A stretch of DNA of 64,000 bases, taken from the IMG/VR virus record IMGVR_UViG_3300050821_018577, positions 114,859 through 178,858 of that record; one strand, given 5' to 3'. Both the position numbers and the translations under genes were made by a program. This document shows positions 46,349 through 55,921 of this stretch, piece after piece. Under the pieces are notes generated by a model that was given only the letters and a program-made list of their open reading frames with translations, searched no databases and was not told the DNA's origin. This DNA comes from a virus. The stretch's first letter is position 1. Each line of letters opens with the position of its first letter.

Positions 46349-46434
46349 GGAGAGGTGTGGCGAATGGTAAGCCAACGGTTTGCTAAATCGTCGTGCGAAA
46401 GCACATGCAGGTTCAAGTCCTGTCCTCTCCGCCA
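46349..46434 (+). tRNA. tRNA-Ser(GCT)
   Basis: Long variable arm, loop TTGCTAA, G73, CCA. Confidence 0.9.
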
Positions 46435-46593
46435 GCTATGAAGATAAAGATACTCGGTCTGCTTCCGCCCAAGCGTTTCATGAAGCGGTTTCGCCGCGAG
46501 CAAGAGATTGCGAAAAAGATTACGGCGAAGCTGAAACGTGATAAGATTCGGCCATGACAAACGAATCATCATCGCACTCTCCATCGAACCGGT

Positions 46594-46681
46594 GGAAGAG
46601 TGGCCGAGGTGGTCAAGGCGCTAGTCCCGAAAACTAGTTCACCTTCGGGTGTTGTGGGTTCGAACCCCACCTCTTCCTCCA
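46594..46681 (+). tRNA. tRNA-Ser(CGA), C33
   Basis: Long variable arm, loop CCCGAAA, U73, CCA. Confidence 0.85.
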
Positions 46682-46751
46682 TTTATCTTTCCTGACACTA
46701 ACAAAAAGGTTTTCTTGACTTTGGAACGAAAATTGCCCAATGATTGCGTCC

Positions 46752-46976
46752 ATGGCGCAAATAGCGCCCAGGGCAATCAGCCTAGACGTTCACCGCATGA
46801 AGCTCTCGCCAGAGAGCCAGGCCCGAGTTATCCATCTTCTGTTTGTCAATGAATTAAGCGTGGACATCGTAGCCCAGCGCATGGGTGTCGGCAAAAGCAC
46901 AATTCGTAGAATTCAAATGGCGCATTGTGAGAAAGTGGATGCGCGAAAGCATCTTGACAATGGCGATAGACGCTAG
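46752..46976 (+). CDS. small helix-turn-helix protein
   Basis: LSVDIVAQRMGVGKSTIRRI. Confidence 0.65.
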   Translation: MAQIAPRAISLDVHRMKLSPESQARVIHLLFVNELSVDIVAQRMGVGKSTIRRIQMAHCEKVDARKHLDNGDRR

Positions 46977-46993
46977 CCACGTTATCGTATAGG

Positions 46994-47587
46994 ATGCCAG
47001 TCATGTCAGAACCTGTAGTTCGAACGGTCCCGATCGCGGATCTTCTGCCCGACCCTGAAAATCCAAATAAGGGCACTGTCCGCGGCAGAAAACTTCTTAA
47101 GAACTCTTTGAAGAAACTTGGCGCTGGCCGGTCGATTTTGGTCGACAAAAACTTTACAACTGTGGCAGGCGCGAAAACGCTTGAAGAAGCAAAAAAGGAA
47201 GGATTCGAACGCGTCACTGTAATCGATACCGACGGGAAAACGCTCGTCGCTGTACGTCGTACCGACCTGGATACCGGCGACAAAAAAGCTCAAGAGTTAG
47301 CAGTTGCCGACAATGCAGTAGCATCATTTGACTTATCCTGGGATGCGGAAGTTTTGAAAGAGAGCGAAGCAGACCTAACTGAATATTTTGAGCCGCTGGA
47401 GCTCGACCGGCTTTTGAACGATGGCAAAAATAGCCGGCAGCCCAACACGATTGATTTGCAGCCGCCGCCAAAAAAGGTTTGGATCCTGCTCGGCATACCG
47501 TTCAATCGATTCGACGTTGTGCAAGAACACCTCGCGGCACTTGAGGCCGAAGCGGAAATCTCGGTGCAAAGCGCGAGAGACAAATAA
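46994..47587 (+). CDS. ParB-like N-terminal domain protein
   Basis: LLPDPENPN..SLKKLGAGRSILVD..VAG..LAVADN. Confidence 0.7.
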   Translation: MPVMSEPVVRTVPIADLLPDPENPNKGTVRGRKLLKNSLKKLGAGRSILVDKNFTTVAGAKTLEEAKKEGFERVTVIDTDGKTLVAVRRTDLDTGDKKAQELAVADNAVASFDLSWDAEVLKESEADLTEYFEPLELDRLLNDGKNSRQPNTIDLQPPPKKVWILLGIPFNRFDVVQEHLAALEAEAEISVQSARDK

Positions 47588-47599
47588 CGGAGGCAAAGA

Positions 47600-47935
47600 A
47601 TGGCGACGAAGCGGCAGACGCGCGAGACGCAGACCATTGGGTCAGAGGACGTCGGGTCCCTTGAATCGTTGGATCCGTCACTGACGAAAGCAGAGGAAGA
47701 ACCTGGTCCCGCAACTGTGCCAGAGCCGGAACCATTGCCGACCAAACAGCCCCCGGCACAAAAGGCTCCCGTTCCAGAAGTGCCTGTCGTGGTGGATAAA
47801 GCTCCGATAGCTCCTCCACCGAATCCTTCGGCACCGGTTGTAGTTGGCCCAGCCTGCCCGAAGTGCGGCAGCGGGGCGCTCGGCGTCGCCGGAGGAATGA
47901 ATCGTTGTAATCAATGCGGTCATTCTTGGGAATAA
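47600..47935 (+). CDS. disordered protein with C-terminal Zn ribbon
   Basis: PACPKCGS..GG..CNQCGHSW. Confidence 0.65.
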   Translation: MATKRQTRETQTIGSEDVGSLESLDPSLTKAEEEPGPATVPEPEPLPTKQPPAQKAPVPEVPVVVDKAPIAPPPNPSAPVVVGPACPKCGSGALGVAGGMNRCNQCGHSWE

Positions 47936-47943
47936 GGAAATTT

Positions 47944-48423
47944 ATGAAAACGATGAAATTAGCAGTGCTGTTGAGTTTGATGTCTTTGGCTCCGCTGGCG
48001 TTTTGTCAGGAGAAGCATGAATCTCCGGCTCCCGTCACGCAAACACAGACACAGACCGCAAACGGTGGCCAAGCAACAGCCAGCAGTTCGGGACAGACCA
48101 ATTCTCAGGTCAGCGAGGTCCGTGTTCCGCATCAGGCTCCGGCCGTCCTCGCGCCGGATGTTTTCCCGACCGCGCCATGCCGTGTTGCTGTCAGCGTTGG
48201 TGGATCGTTTGTGATGGGCGGTGCCGGCGTCGGCGTAAGCAAAGACGACAAAGAATGCGAGAAGCGCGAAACGGCCCGGCTGGCCAGCGCCTTGGGACTC
48301 AGGGAACTTGCCGTCAAGCTGGTATGCAGTACCAAGGTCGCCAGGAAAGAGGCCGCAGAAGAGTGCGAAAGATTGCGGCACCATCACTGGACCGAGGAAA
48401 ACTCCATCACATTCCCAAATTAA
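47944..48423 (+). CDS. exported protein
   Basis: Signal peptide, paired Cys. Confidence 0.55.
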   Translation: MKTMKLAVLLSLMSLAPLAFCQEKHESPAPVTQTQTQTANGGQATASSSGQTNSQVSEVRVPHQAPAVLAPDVFPTAPCRVAVSVGGSFVMGGAGVGVSKDDKECEKRETARLASALGLRELAVKLVCSTKVARKEAAEECERLRHHHWTEENSITFPN

Positions 48424-48531
48424 GATGCTGGTAATATCCGTTAATTAGTTATTACAGAGTTACCAGTTACTTCCATTCGATGTAATAATACCTCAGAGTA
48501 TACTTCTAGTAGTGCCTCTCGGTAATTCTGT

Positions 48532-48560
48532 TTGACAATACTTACCCACTAAGTTATAAT
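48532..48560 (+). promoter_or_regulatory. perfect-consensus sigma70 promoter
   Basis: TTGACA-17 nt-TATAAT after an AT-rich stretch. Confidence 0.85.
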
Positions 48561-48668
48561 ATGTCTGTAAGTGTGTAGTGCGTCTTGACTCCCTGTCGCA
48601 GCAAGATACAAGCGACAGGGAGACGGAGATGAAACGACATGGCAATGTCAGCAAGAAGCAGAAAGGAA

Positions 48669-48965
48669 ATGAACAAGCTGAGGGAGTTGATTTGGTGGGT
48701 TCTGTCTACTCCCAAACCGAGCAACAAATGTTTCTTCTGCAAGAAAACGTTGTTGACGGACGAGCAACTGGAAATGATTCGCGATGGTTGGGTCCGCTTT
48801 GGAAACGCCACTGCGCCGCCAATGGACCTGGATATCACCCTTCACCACATAGACGGGAACCATGAGAATAATGACCCGAAAAATGTAGCGCCATCCCACA
48901 CTAATTCCTGCCACAAACCGCATCATGCCAAAGAGGTCTTCCGGAAATACAGGGAGGCCGCATGA
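48669..48965 (+). CDS. HNH-motif protein
   Basis: CFFC..LHHIDGNHENN..N..HTNSCHKPHH. Confidence 0.6.
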   Translation: MNKLRELIWWVLSTPKPSNKCFFCKKTLLTDEQLEMIRDGWVRFGNATAPPMDLDITLHHIDGNHENNDPKNVAPSHTNSCHKPHHAKEVFRKYREAA

Positions 48966-49183
48966 ATCCCATCGCCATTCTCAGTTCACGTCTCGAAAAA
49001 GCGATACGGAAATTTGTCGTCAATTCCGCTACTGACCGTCGGCGTCGCTATATCGTGACCCGCAAATCCGCCAACAAATGGCAGTGCTCCTGCCCGCGAT
49101 GGATCTTCGGAGTCAAGCAACCTGATGGGACCCGGCGCCGCGAAAACTGCAAACACATTCTTTTTGTGCGGAGGGCTGCATGA
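48962..49183 (+). CDS. SWIM zinc-finger protein
   Basis: WQCSCP..CKHI. Confidence 0.7.
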   Translation: MNPIAILSSRLEKAIRKFVVNSATDRRRRYIVTRKSANKWQCSCPRWIFGVKQPDGTRRRENCKHILFVRRAA

Positions 49184-49719
49184 AAAAAGGAATGGTAGGC
49201 AGTCATGGACAACCGGCGAACCTGAAAGATGCCGTCATCCGAACGAAGCAAGACGCATTCTTTTTTCTGGACCGTATTCATCGCCATTTCCTAGACTCTG
49301 GCAAGAAAGATTGCCAGGTGTTCGACAATCCGCGCGAAGCGAGCGCCGTCCTTAACAAACTGATTCGCAAGGTCTCTCAGAAGTGGGTGCGCAATCGCAA
49401 AACATCCACAGAGAACCTGCAAACGTTTCGCCGGATGCGCCGTGTCCGTCGCCGTGTCCAGTACAAGGATACCTTGCAAGTGTTCACAAAGGCGACCGTG
49501 CCAGCGATGCGCACAGCATTGCCGTGCATTCATGGCCAGGGTTTTCTACGCAAGCGCGTCGCCGTTTATCCGTATCGTCCTATGGACACCTTTTTCCCTT
49601 TGCACCGCGTCAATGTGTATCGCCAAGGAAAGCGATTCGACGTAATCGATGCCTGCTGCAACATTCCGATTCTCGCCGGGCTCACGCTGCAAGGGCTCAA
49701 GAAAGTGGTGCAGTGGTGA
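49180..49719 (+). CDS. hypothetical basic protein
   Basis: ATGA-coupled ORF. Confidence 0.55.
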   Translation: MKKGMVGSHGQPANLKDAVIRTKQDAFFFLDRIHRHFLDSGKKDCQVFDNPREASAVLNKLIRKVSQKWVRNRKTSTENLQTFRRMRRVRRRVQYKDTLQVFTKATVPAMRTALPCIHGQGFLRKRVAVYPYRPMDTFFPLHRVNVYRQGKRFDVIDACCNIPILAGLTLQGLKKVVQW

Positions 49720-49837
49720 TTCTTACAATCTGGATGGACGGCTGCCAAATCGAAGGAACCTACGAAGAGATTCGGCGTCTCTTCGATTTAATTCTACAGC
49801 AAGCCGTTTTGGAGGCCGGGATAATCCCGTGCCCCTC

Positions 49838-50308
49838 ATGAACCGGATATCCAATTGGAACGCAAAAAAGCGTAACGCCTGTCTCAGCGAATTCCGCCGC
49901 ATGGTCCGCGGTAATCGCCGAGAACAGGTCCAGAATGCCATCGAAGCCGGCCGGTCCTTGGCCAAGCTATTGGACGACGCGCGAATCGTTTTGACGGGGA
50001 TCGATGACGTGCAAATGAAACGGTACCTCAGACGGTATGCCGTCGTTGCGAATCTCAAGCACGTAACCTATGCCGTCGCGACGGGCAAGCTAAACCGTCG
50101 CATGTTGGAGCAACGCTTGAACCGCAAGTTTCCGGAGCATTGGTTGCCGAGCGGAAAATTGCGATTGGTCGACCGGTGCCTTCTCTGCGCCAAGCGCACT
50201 TGCCGCTGCGTTGTGGTGCCTGAGCGCAAGCCGAAACAGCGCAAGCCGTCGAAGCGCCAGCACGCACTTGTGGGGAAAGTGGTTTCCGTTCGTGGCTTGA
50301 ATCTATAA
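49838..50308 (+). CDS. hypothetical basic protein
   Basis: ATG 49838 in long ORF. Confidence 0.5.
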   Translation: MNRISNWNAKKRNACLSEFRRMVRGNRREQVQNAIEAGRSLAKLLDDARIVLTGIDDVQMKRYLRRYAVVANLKHVTYAVATGKLNRRMLEQRLNRKFPEHWLPSGKLRLVDRCLLCAKRTCRCVVVPERKPKQRKPSKRQHALVGKVVSVRGLNL

Positions 50309-50324
50309 AAGAACAGGAGATGAA

Positions 50325-50540
50325 ATGGAACACATTGTTGCCTATGAATTGGTGTTGAGAATCCCGGTTGGTATCAATGCACAAGAAAGAATCAAAAAGG
50401 TAGCAGTTTGTATGGATTCAATGCTTCCGGACATTGCGAAGCGCGTACAAGCAGCAATTGACTCCAAAGGGCCCATCAATATCGAAATCCCTGTCAGTAA
50501 AACAGTGGTTAGCTTGGGAGATTTCAAGGAGAACCAATAA
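50325..50540 (+). CDS. hypothetical protein
   Basis: RBS AGGAG. Confidence 0.55.
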   Translation: MEHIVAYELVLRIPVGINAQERIKKVAVCMDSMLPDIAKRVQAAIDSKGPINIEIPVSKTVVSLGDFKENQ

Positions 50541-50890
50541 TGGCAACAATCTCTGCTGCACCAAAAGAAGTCGGACCTGTGCCACAGTTCGACCACACGA
50601 AACCATACAAAGAACATGAGAAGGCCATGGCGACGTTCATTAAGAAGGTTGAAGTCTGGGCAAAGAAGAACGGCAGCAGCGAACTAGCTGGAAAGCAAAT
50701 CCGGTTCCAAGTTGCCGATGGTTACGCACAGTACGTCGTTGTTTCACTCACACCTGTCAAACTCATTCATCTGGCGATTGGAGACGCTTGGGAATTTCAG
50801 TATGCCAACCGCTTGAGGGCTGCGGATATTCGCGAACAAGTTCGTCGCGAAGATGCGCTCGACAGGATCTTTCAAAGCGGTCCCGCGTAA
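50540..50890 (+). CDS. hypothetical protein
   Basis: TAATG coupling, RBS. Confidence 0.6.
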   Translation: MATISAAPKEVGPVPQFDHTKPYKEHEKAMATFIKKVEVWAKKNGSSELAGKQIRFQVADGYAQYVVVSLTPVKLIHLAIGDAWEFQYANRLRAADIREQVRREDALDRIFQSGPA

Positions 50891-50924
50891 GTCACGGAGT
50901 CAACGAACTACCAAAGGAGATGAA

Positions 50925-51665
50925 ATGAAAATTCTGGAAATCCGACTTTCAGTACCCGATTCTGTCAGCGCGAGCGATTTGCAAGACCTGGGCGACGAAA
51001 TGCAACAATCGCTGCCAGTGGACTGCGAGCAGAACGGCATGGAAGTCCACAACGTGACTTATGAAGTCAGGCCCGAAGCGAAACAAACAATCACCGTGGC
51101 GCTGGACCTGCAACCCAAACAAAGGCGTTACAATCCAGTTGAACACCACGGAACGCGTCGCTACCACGCACTACGTCATTTCTTTGAGGACATTGGATAC
51201 AAGGTCCTAAAAATCTCCGCCATCCTGCTCATCTGTGTGGCCGGCAGCCGTGGACAACAGGTTCGAAGCACTATAGAAGCGCCTAAAGCAAAGCCTGTCA
51301 TCGCGTCACACAAATTCGACAAGCGCGTGTTCTTTACCGGGATCGGATTGCTCGCAGCCGCCAAAACCGCCGATGCCGTCACGACCCGTCAAGTCTTGGA
51401 CCGCGGCGGATACGAACTGAATCCAGTTTATGGTCGACATCCTTCTCCGGCCAGACAAGCCGGAATCAATGCCGCTTTTTTCATTGGACAATCCGCCTTG
51501 TTCTATTTGACAGAACGTAATCGTCACGCATGGGTCCGCTGGACCGGTCGAGTTTGGTTTGGAGCCGTAATCGTAAACCACACGCAACTCGCTGTTTGCA
51601 ATTCTGGAATCAACGTCCACAGTTCCGCTTCGACCGCGTGCCGCAATTTCATGCCCGGGCTATAA
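50925..51665 (+). CDS. membrane protein with DUF5658-like C-terminal part
   Basis: ADAVTT..L..GGYELNPV.G; hydrophobic segments. Confidence 0.5.
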   Translation: MKILEIRLSVPDSVSASDLQDLGDEMQQSLPVDCEQNGMEVHNVTYEVRPEAKQTITVALDLQPKQRRYNPVEHHGTRRYHALRHFFEDIGYKVLKISAILLICVAGSRGQQVRSTIEAPKAKPVIASHKFDKRVFFTGIGLLAAAKTADAVTTRQVLDRGGYELNPVYGRHPSPARQAGINAAFFIGQSALFYLTERNRHAWVRWTGRVWFGAVIVNHTQLAVCNSGINVHSSASTACRNFMPGL

Positions 51666-51690
51666 AGTTTCTTTGAAGGGAGAAACTGAA

Positions 51691-52011
51691 ATGAGGATGA
51701 CGCTATCAGACAAGAAAATCGAAATACGTAAGCCATGGAGACGGATCGACCAACGGCGGCAGAAACCACTCACATTCTTTGACAGTTACCATTCACGCTT
51801 GTACGCTTTGGCGTATCGTCATGGCGTGCCGCCCGCCAGCCTCAAAGGATTGCTCGAAGATGCTTTCGGCAGGCCCGATGCTCCGCCCGTTGAACCACAA
51901 GCGGACATCGCTCTCAAGAAACTGGCCAAGATGAATGTGGGGCCCTGCGAACTAAACTGGCTGTTTCAATACCATATTGTGCCGGAGGGAATCGATGACC
52001 GACTCGGATAA
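51691..52011 (+). CDS. hypothetical protein
   Basis: RBS AAGGGAG. Confidence 0.55.
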   Translation: MRMTLSDKKIEIRKPWRRIDQRRQKPLTFFDSYHSRLYALAYRHGVPPASLKGLLEDAFGRPDAPPVEPQADIALKKLAKMNVGPCELNWLFQYHIVPEGIDDRLG

Positions 52012-52444
52012 CCTGGCTTCCCTAAACGCACCAGAAGCACGGACGCGGCATGACTTCGCCACCGTCGCAGGCACACTTGGCCTGGCCACGCTCATCCTGA
52101 TTGCGATGCTCGGCGTGGTCATCATTTGCGCCGCGATGCATGGAGCAACGACCGCGGTGCGACCGTGAGGCTGGTCTGTCTTATTTCGACGCGGGAAGTT
52201 ATCCACCTGAGCACAACGTTTGTATATCCACCGATTCCAGTCCGAACTATGGATTGGAGCGCAATCGATGAGAATACCTATGACGCCAGCTACGAAGGCG
52301 AGGATGAATCCGGAGAACACTGGTCGCAAGGCCCACACGGAACAGGAACGACCGAACAAGAAGCAATCGATGTTTTGTTCGACCAAATCGAAGAGGCAAG
52401 CTGATGAAAACATGGACAATTAGTTTCGGTAAATCCAAACGCAT

Positions 52445-52711
52445 ATGCTATACCCACTACCACGCCGAACAGTTTGCCAGGGCGCTACGCCTGAACGGTA
52501 CGCCATATACGCTAAAGGAACCGACATGAAAAGGCGCCGTCGTCGCCGTTTGGCTACCTTCACACCAGCCGAAGAGAAGGTCTGGCAGTTCGCCTTCGAG
52601 TATCATCTGACCACCAGTAAGCAGGGCCAGGATAGGGCCTGCAACCGCGCTTGGCGAGACGTGCAAAAAGAATTTCCACGACTCAAAAACTACGATGGAG
52701 CTCGGCCCTGA
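52445..52711 (+). CDS. hypothetical protein (start uncertain)
   Basis: ORF track. Confidence 0.45.
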   Translation: MLYPLPRRTVCQGATPERYAIYAKGTDMKRRRRRRLATFTPAEEKVWQFAFEYHLTTSKQGQDRACNRAWRDVQKEFPRLKNYDGARP

Positions 52712-52761
52712 ATCAAGCGTAGCGTGTGACGCCGAACACCGCAAAAGGGAGAAACGAAAAC

Positions 52762-54345
52762 ATGGCACCTTCTTTTATCGAGCAATTTAATTCAGCACGT
52801 CGAGCCTCGGCACCGCTGGTTCTAGTGCGAACGCCGGACGGTGAAGCAACCATGAAAACCATTTCGATGAACAAATTCAACGCCAGTTCGGCGATGATTC
52901 TCCACGATTGCGTCCGTGGAATCAGGCCAGTGAACAACCTAGCTGCGAGCAAAGCCATCGTCCAGAAATTGGCTCCCACTGATGACAAACAGAGGGAGAT
53001 TGCCAATCCGGTAGAGATGTTGGCTCAAGCGCACCGGATGGAGAAAGAATCAGTTCTGTTCATGGCGAACCTGCATCGTTTTTTCCAGGACCCGCAAATC
53101 GTCCAAGGCATCGCCAATCTGCGCAGTGCTTTCAAGCAAGACACGCGCACCTTGGTGATTCTGTCTCCGGACGCCACGCTCCCTCCGGAAATCGCCCAGG
53201 ACGTTGTGATGTTGGATGAACCGTTGCCCAATGCCGCGCAACTTGAAGGGATCGTACTGGAGACGTATAAAGCCGTTAGCCAGCTAGCCCCGGAAGATAA
53301 ATTCATGGCTCGCGCCGTGGACGCGCTTTGCGGTCTTGCCGCTTTTTCCGCAGAGCAAGTCTGCGCCATGAGCATCGGCAAGAGTGGCCTCGACCTTGAC
53401 AGCTTGTGGGAGCGCAAGCGTCAGCAAATCGAACAGACGCCCGGCTTGAGCGTATGGCGCGGCAAAGAACGCTTTTCCGATATCGGTGGCTGCGGAAACA
53501 TCAAGCAATTCTTGTCGGGCATCCTAAACGGTAAAGAACGGCCGCGCGCCATCGTCTTTCAAGATGAAATCGAAAAGGCCCTCGCCGGCGCCAGTGGCGA
53601 CCTCAGCGGCACGACGCAAGAGCTCCTGGGCAGTCAGTTGTCCTTCATGCAGGATCATAAGTCTACCGGGCTGCTACTACTCGGCGTCCCGGGCGCTGCC
53701 AAATCCGCGATTGCCAAAGCCTTTGGAAATGAAGCCGAAATCCCGCTCATCCAATTTGACATTGGCTCGATGAAAGGTTCGCTCGTAGGCGAGAGCAACG
53801 CCAATATGCGAACCGGCCTTAAGGTAGTCGAAGCTGTCTCGCAGGGCCGCGCTTTGTGGATCGCTACCTGCAACAATATCGATAATCTTCCGCCGGAACT
53901 GCGACGCCGGTACGTGTTCGGCACGTTCTTTTTCGATTTACCGACAAAGGCAGAACGCGAAATGATTTGGAACATCTACTTCGAGAAATTCCAAATCAAA
54001 GACCGAAAGAAGCCCATGGAAGAGGGTTGGACGGGCGCAGAAATCGAAAATTGCTGCGTCATCGCAAATAAACTGCAAATCACTCCAGTGGAAGCAGCCA
54101 CTTACGTTATCCCACTCGCGCAGAGCGATAAGGACAGGATCCGTAAACTACGCAACGAAGCAAGTGACCGATATATTTCCGCTGCCTATGCTGGTCCGTA
54201 CAAAGCGCCGGCCGGGCTCGACCCGGAAGAAGAACCCGCCATGCTTGTGGCTGTAGGAATGATTCAACCGAAGGGACGCAAAATCAATATTGGCGACCTG
54301 GAAGGTGACGGCGGTAAGAGCAAAAAGAAAGAACCCGTCAACTGA
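52762..54345 (+). CDS. Ycf46-like AAA+ ATPase with rearranged core
   Basis: DEIEK, GVPGAAKS, SLVGES, IATCNN, LPPEL, GWTGAEIE. Confidence 0.85.
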   Translation: MAPSFIEQFNSARRASAPLVLVRTPDGEATMKTISMNKFNASSAMILHDCVRGIRPVNNLAASKAIVQKLAPTDDKQREIANPVEMLAQAHRMEKESVLFMANLHRFFQDPQIVQGIANLRSAFKQDTRTLVILSPDATLPPEIAQDVVMLDEPLPNAAQLEGIVLETYKAVSQLAPEDKFMARAVDALCGLAAFSAEQVCAMSIGKSGLDLDSLWERKRQQIEQTPGLSVWRGKERFSDIGGCGNIKQFLSGILNGKERPRAIVFQDEIEKALAGASGDLSGTTQELLGSQLSFMQDHKSTGLLLLGVPGAAKSAIAKAFGNEAEIPLIQFDIGSMKGSLVGESNANMRTGLKVVEAVSQGRALWIATCNNIDNLPPELRRRYVFGTFFFDLPTKAEREMIWNIYFEKFQIKDRKKPMEEGWTGAEIENCCVIANKLQITPVEAATYVIPLAQSDKDRIRKLRNEASDRYISAAYAGPYKAPAGLDPEEEPAMLVAVGMIQPKGRKINIGDLEGDGGKSKKKEPVN

Positions 54346-54347
54346 CT

Positions 54348-54731
54348 ATGAACCAAGAAATCTGTCTCTATTGGTCCGTAAAGCACTGCGAGGAAGTGGA
54401 TGGCAACTTCCATTTCCTCATTGCGCCTATCGGCTACCTCCGGACAGATGGCACTGTCCGCACCGAACAAACCCAACGTCAAGTCGTGCGCAGGAGTGAC
54501 GGTGAATGGGCTTGCAGTTGCAGTACTGGCTCCATTGCCGAAGGACCTGAGTTCATTAAATTTGCCTGCGGACATATTTACCGCGCCTACGTGTATTATC
54601 GCAACATGCTGGTGCACAGCGCCCAAATGAAAGAGAAAGTCAAGACGATGGCTGCAGGAATGAAGCAGCTTAACGAACCGGCAGTTCTACCGCTCGACGC
54701 AAAGCGTAAAATCAGAATACAAGAGGAGTGA
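54348..54731 (+). CDS. SWIM-like zinc-finger protein
   Basis: WACSC..ACGHI. Confidence 0.55.
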   Translation: MNQEICLYWSVKHCEEVDGNFHFLIAPIGYLRTDGTVRTEQTQRQVVRRSDGEWACSCSTGSIAEGPEFIKFACGHIYRAYVYYRNMLVHSAQMKEKVKTMAAGMKQLNEPAVLPLDAKRKIRIQEE

Positions 54732-54946
54732 CCATGTATCCTACGGTGAAACTGATTGGCCTGCGCAATGCGGAATTGCTCGTCCATCTGCACCGACAGG
54801 ATGAAGTGAACGCCGACATGGTCGAGCTCTATCATCCTGGCGGGGACCCTGTCAGCTTGAACCGTGAGCAATTCGATTCCATGGTGGCCTGGGTCCACCA
54901 GCAATTCGATGTACTGGCTCAGAAGGGGGCACCGACCGTCCATTGA
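54728..54946 (+). CDS. hypothetical protein
   Basis: ORF with RBS GAGGAG. Confidence 0.5.
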   Translation: MTMYPTVKLIGLRNAELLVHLHRQDEVNADMVELYHPGGDPVSLNREQFDSMVAWVHQQFDVLAQKGAPTVH

Positions 54947-54999
54947 ACTTAGGCTCTTAGTTTAGTAGAATCCAAATCGCAGTTGAAAGAGAGGAATCA

Positions 55000-55389
55000 A
55001 TGAGTCACACAGTTGACATGCGAGTTTCAATTCTTGATTTAGAAGCACTCAAGGCATCGTGCGAACCGCTCGGCCTGGAATTTCTGGAGAACAAAAAGAC
55101 CCATCGGTCTTACAGCCCGGAACCGTGCGACCATGCAATCCGCGTTAAGGGCAACTCCAACGCCTATGAAATCGGCGTTCAACAAAACAAGGTCGGCCGC
55201 GGTTGGACCTTGAAAGCGGATGCGTGGCAAGGTGGCCACGGCTTGATGGACGCGATCGGTGGCATCAGCGCTCCGAAGATAAAGCAAGAGTACGCCCTGC
55301 AACTCTCCGCGCGAAAAATTCCTCGCGGCTTCCGGACACAACGCGTGGTCACCGCCAACGGCCACGTCCAGCTTCGCTGCTCACGGTAA
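55000..55389 (+). CDS. DUF1257 (Ycf35-like) protein
   Basis: MSH..I.DLEAL..LG; YEIGV; near AAA gene. Confidence 0.75.
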   Translation: MSHTVDMRVSILDLEALKASCEPLGLEFLENKKTHRSYSPEPCDHAIRVKGNSNAYEIGVQQNKVGRGWTLKADAWQGGHGLMDAIGGISAPKIKQEYALQLSARKIPRGFRTQRVVTANGHVQLRCSR

Positions 55390-55422
55390 CGGAACGGCTT
55401 CGACGAGCCGAAGGAGATTCCA

Positions 55423-55707
55423 ATGTGCATGTGTGGCGACACGCATTGTTCCAGTTGTGGTCCAGCTCAGGGCAATTGGAAGTGCATCCTCTGCGGCGCT
55501 TGGGCCGACGATTGTTGCGAGCATATCGATGAAGAAACCGGCCAATACAAAGAGGAGTTCAAGGAACAAGTCGAAGCCGCGTTCGCAGCAGACCGCGATG
55601 CAACAGCGGCAGAGGCCGCAGAATGGGAGCGAGAATCAGACGCATCGAAGCACGCCGATGCCGGCTGGATGAATGACGTGCGTTTTGGCACCGACCCGGA
55701 AGAATAA
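55423..55707 (+). CDS. small Cys-rich acidic protein
   Basis: CMCGDTHCSSCGPAQG. Confidence 0.55.
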   Translation: MCMCGDTHCSSCGPAQGNWKCILCGAWADDCCEHIDEETGQYKEEFKEQVEAAFAADRDATAAEAAEWERESDASKHADAGWMNDVRFGTDPEE

Positions 55708-55735
55708 AATCTAACGATTAAGGGAGAAACAGAAC

Positions 55736-55921
55736 ATGCAGGAAATCATTGTCGATGTAGCACCCGACGGCAGTGTCGTTATCACGACCAAAGGCTTCCG
55801 AGGCAAATCGTGCAAGGAAGCTACCGCCGAACTTGAAAAGGCGCTCGGCACGGTTGTAAAAGACACGCCGACACCAGAAATGAACTTGCAAGAACAAACC
55901 CATGTCAAGGCCCGGGCATGA
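55736..55921 (+). CDS. DUF2997 family protein
   Basis: I.V..DGSV.I...GF.GKSC..AT..LEKALG. Confidence 0.8.
   Translation: MQEIIVDVAPDGSVVITTKGFRGKSCKEATAELEKALGTVVKDTPTPEMNLQEQTHVKARA

Noticed and set aside
48424-48531. Replication origin or genome terminus
   Set aside because: AT-rich with short GTAAT/GTTAC echoes, but no iterons or terminal repeat can be shown from this window
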